DNA of 64,000 nt from a bacterium (GTDB lineage Bacteria > Electryoneota > Electryoneia > Electryoneales > Electryoneaceae): assembly GCA_963669175.1 (NCBI GenBank), contig OY769902.1, forward strand, positions 3,360,001 to 3,424,000, in the 5' to 3' direction. The translations under genes and the position numbers were made by a program. Below the pieces are notes generated by a model, which worked only from the letters and a program-made list of their open reading frames with translations, made no database searches and was not told the DNA's origin. Shown piece after piece: positions 10,453 to 19,361 of the stretch (position 1 is the stretch's first letter; each line of letters starts with the position of its first letter).

Positions 10453-10989
10453 CTTCCGCTCCTTCCGAAGAACCTACGGTCCTTCAATGTAGGGCGGAAC
10501 CATCAACTAAACTACTGTCCAGTTTTTGGACTCCTCTTCAGAGTTCCTGACAAAAATGGCAATGAAGCGGTTGAAAGAACTCACATTGCATGAGTTTGAA
10601 AAATTAACACCTGACGACAGACGCTCTGCACAGGAGTTTCGCGACTTTTTCACACAAGCAGAAGCATTTTGGAAGGACAGAAATACAAGGTATGACCACT
10701 TATTAGAGCAGGAGAAGCAAACCTTCAAGACGTGGATTCAACAAGGTCATTATCACCTGATTCCCGGGAAAGACATACTCAAAGCATTATGCGAGGAATG
10801 CGGAGATGTGGACACTGTCAAACTGACTCTGGCTTTGGCCACTCTTGCAGCAAAGCGGTATAAGGATTTCCGGGAAGGCGCTTCAACCAGCAACCCATTC
10901 TCAGCGATTCCAAACTCAACTGGTGGGCATGATCCAATTGATGAACTTCGCACAGAGTTAAAAAACCTGATAGTCTTATAAACAATCCA

Positions 10990-12573
10990 CTACATCGGAT
11001 TCCTCTGGATACAAACCACATTTCCGGCATCCTGTTGACAGATCCAGATGTCTGAGGACAGCGGGGCGATTGTCAGGCCATAGGGTGTCTCGTCTAGCGG
11101 GACCAGTTCCAGCACACCATAAGAAACCGGGGATAGAACAGCAAGTTTGTTCGATCCGGTCAGGGTGACGTAGACATGACGGTCATCGTGTGAATAGGTG
11201 ATGTTGGAAGGACCGTCGCCAACCGGAATCGTCGCAACAATCTGCTGGTCATAGGTGGCCAGTACGGAGACTGTTCCATCATAGTAGTTTGCGACAAACA
11301 GGTAATCCCCTTCGTAGGCCAGTGTCACGCCCTGGGGATTCAGACCGACATCGTAACTATGCACCAACTGCCAGGTTGTCAGGCTGAAGGCGTGAATCTT
11401 TCCATCCAGAGTCCCTGAAAAATAAATAATTGTTCCTGCCGGGTTAATGTCAATCCCGCCGGGTGTGCGCCCCAAAGAGAAGAAGTCGGTATCGTACTTG
11501 TCAAGATCAATCCGTGTCAGGCCGCTATCAAGAACACTGGCGACATAGAGAGTATCCGCATCAGGGTGCATAACCATGTAGGCCGGTCCCTGACCGACGG
11601 CAATCCGGTTCGTGATTGTATGGCTGGTTGTGGAGAAGGCGATCACTTCATGGGAAGCCTGATCACAAATATAAATCCTGTTCATTGTGTGATTCACAAC
11701 AGCGCCAAATGGAGCTTCTATATCCAGGGGATAGGTGCCAATGACTGTTTTCTCGACAGGGTCAATCTCGGTAATGCGAGACGGGTTTGAATGGACAATC
11801 CAGGCCTTGGAACCATTTCGCCCCATCGCCATACAGGAAGGATTATCATTGACAGCAAGATCGCCAGATTGAGTCCAGGTCCAGGTTGCTTCCGATTGCA
11901 TATTGGAGCCGTCAGAAACAAAATCACCGTTGTCAATAACATAGACTTTGAAGAAGTAGACAGTGTTGGTCTCAAGGCTGTCAATCACCGTCTCGGTAGA
12001 ATCTATCGCATAGATCAGTTCACAGGAGCTGGTATCGAAATCAAACGATTCAACCGTACTCCAGCAAACCGCATAGGCTTTGAAACGCTCCACCAGATCC
12101 GATGGAGTCCAACTGACCGAAATCGAAGTCGCCGAAGCACGGACCGGCTTGTTCAGGTCAACAGAGAATGGACGGAAAGTTGTTGTCGCGAAAACTTCGT
12201 TTGATGGCGGTGAAAGGTAGCCGTCACTGTCCTCAACATAGATTCGGAAATGGTAGGTCAATTCTTCTGTAAGTTCGGTTACGGTTGTTCTGGTTATTGT
12301 CTGGTCAAAAACCTCAACAAAATCGGTCGTCAACCTGTCAAAGTTTGGAGTTGTTGAGTAGTATAACCTGTAGGAATAAAAATCCTCAAAATCGCTTTGT
12401 GACCAGGAAAGTGTCACACTGTTCGGAGTTGTGTCTTCAGGTTCATTCAACACAATCGCCCCGGGATCCCTGTCCTCTTCACAACCGGAAACAGCAAAGA
12501 GAAGCAGACCGGCAAAGGCCATGAAAGCCAGCGACATTATCAATGTCGACTTCTTGTCGTGAGATCGTTGCAC
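10990..12573 (-). CDS. Lipoprotein with two fibronectin type III domains and a YVTN/YncE beta-propeller
   Basis: Lipobox VSGC; SVTLSW...YHFRIY FN3 motifs; repeated IPVGDGP/LFVANY..GTVSV propeller motifs. Confidence 0.8.
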   Translation of the reverse strand: MQRSHDKKSTLIMSLAFMAFAGLLLFAVSGCEEDRDPGAIVLNEPEDTTPNSVTLSWSQSDFEDFYSYRLYYSTTPNFDRLTTDFVEVFDQTITRTTVTELTEELTYHFRIYVEDSDGYLSPPSNEVFATTTFRPFSVDLNKPVRASATSISVSWTPSDLVERFKAYAVCWSTVESFDFDTSSCELIYAIDSTETVIDSLETNTVYFFKVYVIDNGDFVSDGSNMQSEATWTWTQSGDLAVNDNPSCMAMGRNGSKAWIVHSNPSRITEIDPVEKTVIGTYPLDIEAPFGAVVNHTMNRIYICDQASHEVIAFSTTSHTITNRIAVGQGPAYMVMHPDADTLYVASVLDSGLTRIDLDKYDTDFFSLGRTPGGIDINPAGTIIYFSGTLDGKIHAFSLTTWQLVHSYDVGLNPQGVTLAYEGDYLFVANYYDGTVSVLATYDQQIVATIPVGDGPSNITYSHDDRHVYVTLTGSNKLAVLSPVSYGVLELVPLDETPYGLTIAPLSSDIWICQQDAGNVVCIQRNPM

Positions 12574-12604
12574 GTTACATCCTGTTCACAGGTAAAACCG
12601 AAAC

Positions 12605-15600
12605 CTATTTAACAAGTACCACACGTCTTGTGGTCGTTGTGTTTCCATGCCGAACCTGGATAAAGTACATGCCGCTGCCCAACTCGCCGGCCATGTGGGT
12701 ATCCCAGGTAAAGCGGTGATAACCAGCCCTGTAATAGCGCCCGGTACGGAAGATCTCCCGCCCTTCAACCGAGAAGACAGCAATGGTAACCTGACCATCA
12801 CCGGGAAGGGCGAAATTCAACGATACAGTGCTGTTAAACGGATTGGGATATGCCGTTCCGACTTCATATGTCAAAGGCATCGGCGCATCAAACCCAAGGA
12901 TGATTTCACCGTAATATCCTGATCCGAATGTCCCGGAAGATTCCTCAACATGGGAGGAAATTACATTACCGGCCGAATTGTATATGACGACGTCAATGTC
13001 ATCGCCCGGGGTAAATCCTGACAGGTTCATTTCAGACGCTTCCTGCCATGCCACGACTGGCTGACGGGACAGCGCCGGATCAACATTCGCCGTGCCGACG
13101 AGCCGAGTGCCGTCATAGAGTGAAATCTGTGCCGGATCATGGCTAAGCAGATCGGAATCCATGGCGATCAATAACGGCCACGGTAAACCGGTAATCAGCG
13201 ATGGATTCGTCTTGGCACGTGTCGGTGCGGGCATCTTCATTGACGTTGGCTGATCATCAGGAGATGGATATACAAAATCAGTCTCCACGTCAATCAGGAT
13301 CATATAACTGTTTCCCGGACGCAACGAATCAATCGTATTGATCGCTTCATCCGGTTTCCACATTCCACCTTCATCATCCAGCATCATGATGACATGGTTT
13401 GCGATTTCGTCCAGAGAATACTCAACGGTAGTCGCAACTGCATGCGGATAGGGAAGGAAATTCCATACGTCCTGAGCTAACTGAATCTGCATGTTGTCCG
13501 CATGAACACGAACACCCTGAACTCGAATCGTATCCGCTTCAATGGAAAAGACACGGTATCCTTCAACCGGGGTTATTGTTCCCAGCGAATTGATAACCGG
13601 CGGCTTGAACATGGCGCCGTTGTCATCGTAGGCCAGAACCATGCTGTTCATCGACTCAAAGATGGCAGAAGCGTTTGAATCCAGCGCAGTGAAGTTAAAT
13701 CCAATCATGGCAAAACGATTTGCCGGGACCGGGATATCATGAATCGCAAGCGGATACATGACGACTTCAAATTCAAGCGGATAACCCGTCTCCAGGTCCA
13801 GACCATTACGCCTGAAATCCGGGAATCCGGGCGATTGCACCAATAACGTGTAGCTTCCCGTGGGAAGATTGAAGAACTCAAACTCTCCATTATTGTCCGG
13901 AATAGAACTGGTCTCATTTCCATTCTGATCAATCAATGTGGCCGATCCGCCGGAAAGCGCAACACCGTCCTCGTCAAATACTGATCCGAAAAGGACAGGC
14001 AGGTAAACGGTGAAGTTATTCGTCTGGTTAGACCATGTTCCGGTAGTGTATCTGTCCCTGGCCCGGACTTTCCAGTACACTTCACCACTGATCAGGTCGT
14101 CAAGGATCACAAAAGTAATATCACCTGCATCCAGCGAATCCAGGCCGGTTGTGAAAGAAGGATCACTGGCATACCAGACAACATAGGTGACTGTTTCGCC
14201 GGAATCGGGATCGGTGGAAGCTTCCCAGGTCAGGGTAGCATATGGACGCCGGACAGTATCGCCCGAGACAGGCGTCAACAGGTTGAACGCAGAAGGGGAT
14301 TCAGGGATGTGTACCCTGAAACGGAAGACCTGTTCAGACCATGTGCCGTGGCTATTGTCGTCCTGGGCACGAACCTGCCAGTACCATTGCGAATCATCAG
14401 GCAAACCCTGAAGGGTATAGGTTGTATCCGTAACAGTGGCCGAATCAACATCCTCAGTGAACGTATTATTCGTTGCCCACCAGACGATATAATCAACCGG
14501 ATCATCTGAATCCGTGTCCTCTGTGCTTTGCCAGGTGAGTGTCACATCACCGGTAAAAGAGGTGTCGTCGTTGGCAGGGGACAGGAGGCTGAATGCTTCC
14601 GGCGCACCGGGATCTTCAGAATTCAGATTAAAGAAGAACTGCTCCACACACATGACCGTGTCTGGCCCGGAGAAAACTTCCACCCACCAGTCTACACGAC
14701 GTTGTGGCTGATAAGGAGGCCAACCGGTCAGGCCTAGTGTATCGAACAGGTTTACAGTCAGCGTTGTGTCCTGCTGCTCGAAGAAACCATACACAAGTGT
14801 GGTATCCGTGACATCTGCCCAGTCCAGATCGATGGTAAGCCTGTAACGCAACGTGTCCGTAGGATTCAGGTCAGAACTTGACTGCCAGGCAAAATCGATC
14901 GAGTAGGGATCTTCGTAAATCCACGAGCTGGCGTTCTCGGGTGTCAGCAGGGAAAAGTCTGCGGGGATACGGTCTTCAGATTCGAGCCGGATGATAAACG
15001 CATCACTCGATCCCGCGCCAAAGGATTGAGTATGACCGCCGATGATATAGCCGATATCCCAGGTCTCATCCATACTGTAAGCGAAATCCACCTCAGCGCC
15101 GCCATAGGTCGTTTCCCACTGCGCAAAGCCGGATGAGTTTGTCTTCACGATGTAAGCGTCCCAATCGCCGGCGCCATAAGACTGAGTGCCACCGGCCATG
15201 AGGAAGCCACCGTCAGATGTGGTACGGATGCCGTGACATTCATCATAGGAAGGACCACCGAAATGACGGCTGAAGATGTGCCCGCCATTGGAATTCGTCT
15301 TGATCAGGTAGAAGTCACGATATTCCGCGCCATAACCATACGTGTACCCGGCAAGTGCAAAATCACCATCGGCAGTTTCTTCGAGGTCATAGCACTTCTC
15401 TTCCATCTCCTCACCGAAATACTCCTGCCAGACAACTTCACCATCTTCATCCAGTCGCCACAGGTATACATCAAAACTGTTGCCATCAAAATATTGGCTT
15501 CCGGCTATGACATAACCGCCATCTTCTAAAGCCAGTACACCGCCTACATAATCGTCGTTATCGCCGCCGTAAATGTGCGACCATTCAACTTCGCCATCTG

Positions 15601-16138
15601 CATCAGTCTTGATGATGCGAATATCATTGCCTGTCTGGTCAGAAGTGTACGTGTCCCCTGCGAGGATAAAACCACCATCCGGGGCAACGTCAATCTCACG
15701 GATTTTCTCACTGGCATCGCTGGGATAGGTCTGATACCATTCCTCAGCGCCATTCTCGTCAACCTTTACCAGGTAGAAATCAAATAACGCCTGTGCATAG
15801 GAGTCGGTAAAACCGCCCATAATATACCCGCCATCTGTCGTTTGCTGGACAGAATAGCAGGTCTCATCCAAAGGGCCGCCGAAGGTATATTCCCAAATAA
15901 TATTGCCAAGATAGTCGAGTTTGACCAGCCACATTTCAGTCGCGCCTGCACCTGTAGACGCGGTTCTTCCGGCGAAAACGATATCCCCGTTCGGAATCGC
16001 TATAACATCATAACAATGATCTGCGTCGTCGCCACCGTAGGTAGCTGTCCACAGAGAATCCGGCATCTCCTGGGCAAGAGTGGTTCCAGCCAAGATCAGC
16101 ATGACAAAAATGAAAAAACTGACAGCACGTTTGAACAT
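12605..16138 (-). CDS. Large secreted protein: W..TYGG..DD propeller repeats, Ig/FN3-like repeats, carboxypeptidase regulatory-like domain, C-terminal sorting domain
   Basis: Signal peptide; about 7 T.DGG(Y/F)I.AG repeats; 3 F.LL.P...W..S.D repeats; YPNPFN...SGMYF C-terminus. Confidence 0.8.
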   Translation of the reverse strand: MFKRAVSFFIFVMLILAGTTLAQEMPDSLWTATYGGDDADHCYDVIAIPNGDIVFAGRTASTGAGATEMWLVKLDYLGNIIWEYTFGGPLDETCYSVQQTTDGGYIMGGFTDSYAQALFDFYLVKVDENGAEEWYQTYPSDASEKIREIDVAPDGGFILAGDTYTSDQTGNDIRIIKTDADGEVEWSHIYGGDNDDYVGGVLALEDGGYVIAGSQYFDGNSFDVYLWRLDEDGEVVWQEYFGEEMEEKCYDLEETADGDFALAGYTYGYGAEYRDFYLIKTNSNGGHIFSRHFGGPSYDECHGIRTTSDGGFLMAGGTQSYGAGDWDAYIVKTNSSGFAQWETTYGGAEVDFAYSMDETWDIGYIIGGHTQSFGAGSSDAFIIRLESEDRIPADFSLLTPENASSWIYEDPYSIDFAWQSSSDLNPTDTLRYRLTIDLDWADVTDTTLVYGFFEQQDTTLTVNLFDTLGLTGWPPYQPQRRVDWWVEVFSGPDTVMCVEQFFFNLNSEDPGAPEAFSLLSPANDDTSFTGDVTLTWQSTEDTDSDDPVDYIVWWATNNTFTEDVDSATVTDTTYTLQGLPDDSQWYWQVRAQDDNSHGTWSEQVFRFRVHIPESPSAFNLLTPVSGDTVRRPYATLTWEASTDPDSGETVTYVVWYASDPSFTTGLDSLDAGDITFVILDDLISGEVYWKVRARDRYTTGTWSNQTNNFTVYLPVLFGSVFDEDGVALSGGSATLIDQNGNETSSIPDNNGEFEFFNLPTGSYTLLVQSPGFPDFRRNGLDLETGYPLEFEVVMYPLAIHDIPVPANRFAMIGFNFTALDSNASAIFESMNSMVLAYDDNGAMFKPPVINSLGTITPVEGYRVFSIEADTIRVQGVRVHADNMQIQLAQDVWNFLPYPHAVATTVEYSLDEIANHVIMMLDDEGGMWKPDEAINTIDSLRPGNSYMILIDVETDFVYPSPDDQPTSMKMPAPTRAKTNPSLITGLPWPLLIAMDSDLLSHDPAQISLYDGTRLVGTANVDPALSRQPVVAWQEASEMNLSGFTPGDDIDVVIYNSAGNVISSHVEESSGTFGSGYYGEIILGFDAPMPLTYEVGTAYPNPFNSTVSLNFALPGDGQVTIAVFSVEGREIFRTGRYYRAGYHRFTWDTHMAGELGSGMYFIQVRHGNTTTTRRVVLVK

Positions 16139-16350
16139 GAATTCCGCCAGAAAAAGTACGCCCGATTAGGGTATCCAAACAGTAAGAATAATGTATGAAA
16201 AAGCCGCAATTTTCAGGTGATGCAGAGCACACGGATCAAAGCATCAGTGCTTCTGTACCTTCTTTAATATACTACCTTTAAGCTAATTGAAAGAGTGCCG
16301 TCAAGGCAAGCTGAAAAACGAAGATAATCGAAAAGAAGAAAAAGGCGAAA

Positions 16351-16376
16351 CGCCCAACTATTTATACAGTTGGGCG
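16351..16376 (-). terminator. Intrinsic terminator of the cytochrome c3 operon
   Basis: cgcccaact/agttgggcg 9-bp stem followed by a T-rich tract on the - strand. Confidence 0.6.
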
Positions 16377-16403
16377 CTTCATAGGAGGTACTGACTTCAT
16401 GCC

Positions 16404-16781
16404 CTACTGATCATGGCAATCCACGCAACTCATGTCCTCGTGGCATGCAAAACAGTTGCGATGGATAGCTGTTTTTGCTGACGCTACATCTACTTGCCTG
16501 GTTTCTTCCTTGTGGCAATGTACACAGCCTTCAACATGATGGCATTCGATACATTCAAGTTCAAGATCCTCAGTATGGAATGCGTGATCGAAAACGATCT
16601 GTGATCCTCCGAGGTAGGATGTCTGAAAAACATGCTTGTCAGGGATATCCTGTTTGCGATTATCCCAATCATATACTTCCGGGACAACTTCCGCCACTGT
16701 AACGCCGATTATTATCCCCATCAGCAACATCATCCCGAGTACAAGCACCTGGCGAATCTTCATGGTCGCCCTCTCTATCAA
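16404..16781 (-). CDS. Tetraheme cytochrome c3-family protein
   Basis: Four CxxCH motifs (CIECH, CVHCH, CFACH, CVDCH), FDHAFH, N-terminal signal/anchor. Confidence 0.88.
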   Translation of the reverse strand: MIERATMKIRQVLVLGMMLLMGIIIGVTVAEVVPEVYDWDNRKQDIPDKHVFQTSYLGGSQIVFDHAFHTEDLELECIECHHVEGCVHCHKEETRQVDVASAKTAIHRNCFACHEDMSCVDCHDQ

Positions 16782-16792
16782 AAGTTGTTTCG

Positions 16793-18022
16793 TTAAGAAG
16801 CTTTTCTAGTTTCTTCCGGATCAGACTCACGGTCGCCAAGCAGTTTTTTCCCTGCCGGACACATCACATCCCATTCTTCCCTTGAGGGCTCTTCCAGTTC
16901 AGGAAATACCGGGAAGAACTTTGAAATGGTAACAAAGGCTACGATACCACAGGTCACCAGGAACAGCGAGATGCCGACCTCCTGCCATGATGGGAAATAA
17001 CTGGCGCCGGTCCCTTCCAGCATGCCAGCCCAACTCACGTTGAAACGGTTGTATACCACGCCTGAGACCACAAGTCCCGCAGCGGTCAATAAACCGGCCG
17101 GACAGGCACGAACCTTCCTGATGGCGATCATGATCATCGCCGTAAACAGGATTGCCATTTCAATCAGGAAATGAATGGATTCCGCATCAAAAGCGAAAAC
17201 CTGATCCCATACACCACGAACGAACAAATCCTGAATTTTCACCGCCACATATACCAGCATGCCGACTTGCATGAAACGAGCCAGGTCATATAGAACAGCC
17301 GTTTCAAGCCCACGCCTGAAAATGCGAGCGCTGAAAAAGGATTCCACAATCACCATCGCCGGACCAACCGTAATGGCAGACAGGAAAAAGAGAAGGGGAA
17401 GAATCGGTGTATACCACAGGTTATGCAGCTTGTTCGGCACAATCAGGAACAAGCTTCCCAGTGAAGACTGGTGCAGAACAGATAACAATACACCTGCAAG
17501 CACGATGGGAATGGATAAGCGTCGCAACAGTTTCAGCGGTGTCTGAAGGTTGAACTTCTCCAAGACAATCGGTACAAATTCCAGGAACAGCACCGTCAGG
17601 TACAGCATCACACACCAGGCCACCTCAAACATGACCGAGTGCGGATTCCACATCACCAGCGGGTGCCAGATATTGTAAAATTTTCCCAGGTCGTATAGCA
17701 GGCCAATAGCAACCAGCAGATAGCCGAGAAACGCCGTGAGGACAGTTGGTCGCACGATGGAATGGTACTGATGATAGCCGAAGATGTAAACCAGCAGGCA
17801 CAACGTAAAGCCACCTGCCGCCAGGGCCACGCCACCCATCACATCGAAACCGATCCAGAAACCCCAAGGGAACTCATCACTCAGGTTGGTAACTGCGCCC
17901 AAGCCAAAGAAGAATCGCCAGACGGACAATCCCAGTCCCATGACAATGATCGCTGAAGCAATCAGCCACAGGCTTTTACGATGTGAAGAAAGCCCCTTCC
18001 AGTAGAGAATCAACTCAGCCAT
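16793..18022 (-). CDS. NrfD/PsrC-family integral membrane subunit (HybB/HmcC-like)
   Basis: [42 protein letters not shown]; about 10 TM helices. Confidence 0.9.
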   Translation of the reverse strand: MAELILYWKGLSSHRKSLWLIASAIIVMGLGLSVWRFFFGLGAVTNLSDEFPWGFWIGFDVMGGVALAAGGFTLCLLVYIFGYHQYHSIVRPTVLTAFLGYLLVAIGLLYDLGKFYNIWHPLVMWNPHSVMFEVAWCVMLYLTVLFLEFVPIVLEKFNLQTPLKLLRRLSIPIVLAGVLLSVLHQSSLGSLFLIVPNKLHNLWYTPILPLLFFLSAITVGPAMVIVESFFSARIFRRGLETAVLYDLARFMQVGMLVYVAVKIQDLFVRGVWDQVFAFDAESIHFLIEMAILFTAMIMIAIRKVRACPAGLLTAAGLVVSGVVYNRFNVSWAGMLEGTGASYFPSWQEVGISLFLVTCGIVAFVTISKFFPVFPELEEPSREEWDVMCPAGKKLLGDRESDPEETRKAS

Positions 18023-18854
18023 GCCTGCCTCCCTCGAGATCGCGGATTTTCTTATTCAGGGCTTCACGTTCCAGCTCCCAATTCTCCTTGTCCTGCTTCA
18101 AGGTATCCACCTCATCCATATGTTCCTTTTGCAGGTCCATGCGACGATTGATGATCCAACTGATGCCGCCCAGCATGATGCCGCCTGTAATCACCACGTT
18201 TGGGATCTTGCTCATGACAGTCCAGGTAAGACGGGGGAGAGCCTGTTCACCGACATCCATCTTGAAGCCAAGATCTTCAAAGGGAACACCGCTCAGCATC
18301 AGGATCGATGTGCCGCCGACTTCGTTTTCGCCATAGATGTAGTCCACATACCTATCTGGCATCTGGCTGACACGACGTTTGGCAATGGCCAGCAGTTTTT
18401 CACGTGGGCCAAAACGGCAGGCGTCAACAGGACACACCCAGGCGCAGGCAGGTTCTTCACCATTCTCGATCCGCGAATTGCACATGATGCACTTGCGAAC
18501 GACGGGGATAGACTTGTGCCACTCGTATTTTGGTATCTGGAACGGGCAGGCAACCATACAGTAACGGCAGCCGATACACTTATCCGGATGGTAGACAACC
18601 GGGCCTGCGTCTGTTTTCTCCAATGCAGCAACAGGACATACCGACACGCATGCCGGATCTTCACAGTGCATGCACATGCGTCGATAGTATTGGCCTGAAT
18701 CGTGTTTCAAAACTACGGTAAAGTTCCTATGATCCAGCTTGTCTTCCGGTGGATCATCAGGCAAACCATTCACCCGTGCACATTCACGCTCGCAAGCGCC
18801 ACAGCCGATACAACGGGTAAAATCAAGTAGAATAGCATAGGGCTCGTTACCCAT
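18015..18854 (-). CDS. 4Fe-4S dicluster ferredoxin subunit (HybA/HmcB-like) with C-terminal TM anchor
   Basis: [37 protein letters not shown]...[19 protein letters not shown]; GGAGG RBS before ATG 18854. Confidence 0.9.
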   Translation of the reverse strand: MGNEPYAILLDFTRCIGCGACERECARVNGLPDDPPEDKLDHRNFTVVLKHDSGQYYRRMCMHCEDPACVSVCPVAALEKTDAGPVVYHPDKCIGCRYCMVACPFQIPKYEWHKSIPVVRKCIMCNSRIENGEEPACAWVCPVDACRFGPREKLLAIAKRRVSQMPDRYVDYIYGENEVGGTSILMLSGVPFEDLGFKMDVGEQALPRLTWTVMSKIPNVVITGGIMLGGISWIINRRMDLQKEHMDEVDTLKQDKENWELEREALNKKIRDLEGGRHG

Positions 18855-18940
18855 GCCGCCTCCAGTGTAAAAAGAAAAAGGGGTATCCAGCGACCGTAAA
18901 AACGGTCGCCAAATCCCCGTAAGAACTGAATGCCACACGC

Positions 18941-18969
18941 AATATAAGTTATTGTGAAAAATCACGCAA
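18941..18969 (-). promoter_or_regulatory. Sigma70 promoter of the HybAB/cytochrome operon overlapped by a Rex-like box
   Basis: - strand TTGCGT-N17-TATATT; TTGTGAAAAATCACGCAA at 18952-18969. Confidence 0.55.
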
Positions 18970-19054
18970 ACAGGAGAAGAATAGCAAAGTTTTCTATGGA
19001 TGAATTCAGGATAAATCTCAATACTATACCAGACTATCTATAAATCACTATGTA

Positions 19055-19072
19055 GTGTGAATTGATTCACAT
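19055..19072. promoter_or_regulatory. Rex-like (also CRP-like) palindromic operator
   Basis: GTGTGAA-TTGA-TTCACAT contains a perfect TGTGAA-N4-TTCACA. Confidence 0.6.
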
Positions 19073-19361
19073 GGGTGTACAATGAGTTGTTTTTATATTT
19101 GGCGACCCAAACTATTGTTTTAACAGTGATTTTGTATTGTGTCATAATTGATATGCAATATGTCTTTAATTATGATACTGCAATGGCTAAGTTGTTGTTC
19201 TTTATGCGTAAGCGTGTTTGCATATATTAAATTGTCCTCCAGAGCCAATACTCCATTTAAAGTAAACATATCCCAAAAAACTTGATCTTTTTGCAGGGTG
19301 AGGCTACCATGATGGGGTGAAGTGACTCAACAGCCTGTATACAGATTGGAAATAGAAGACC

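Larger units (their letters stand above)
9258..10540 (-). mobile_element. IS3-family insertion sequence, 1283 bp, 3-bp target duplication GAG
   Basis: Ends TGAAGAGG...TGGACA / TGTCCA...CCTCTTCA; GAG at 9255-9257 and 10541-10543; orfA + orfB. Confidence 0.95.
8715..10981 (+). pseudogene. DUF4435-like TOPRIM protein (AriB-like), interrupted by IS3; pieces 8715-9257 and 10544-10981
   Basis: LFTES, IEDGD, SEVENLW motifs in the 5' half and IPGKD in the 3' half; removing the IS and one GAG copy gives one 326-aa frame (...CLEDE-FLTKM...). Confidence 0.75.

Noticed and set aside
10526-10981. Independent 151-aa gene
   Set aside because: Its start lies inside the IS3 end; it is the 3' half of the interrupted DUF4435-like gene
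18855-18965. N-terminal extension of the Fe-S protein given by the ORF track
   Set aside because: Overlaps the predicted promoter and leader hairpin; a strong RBS supports ATG 18854
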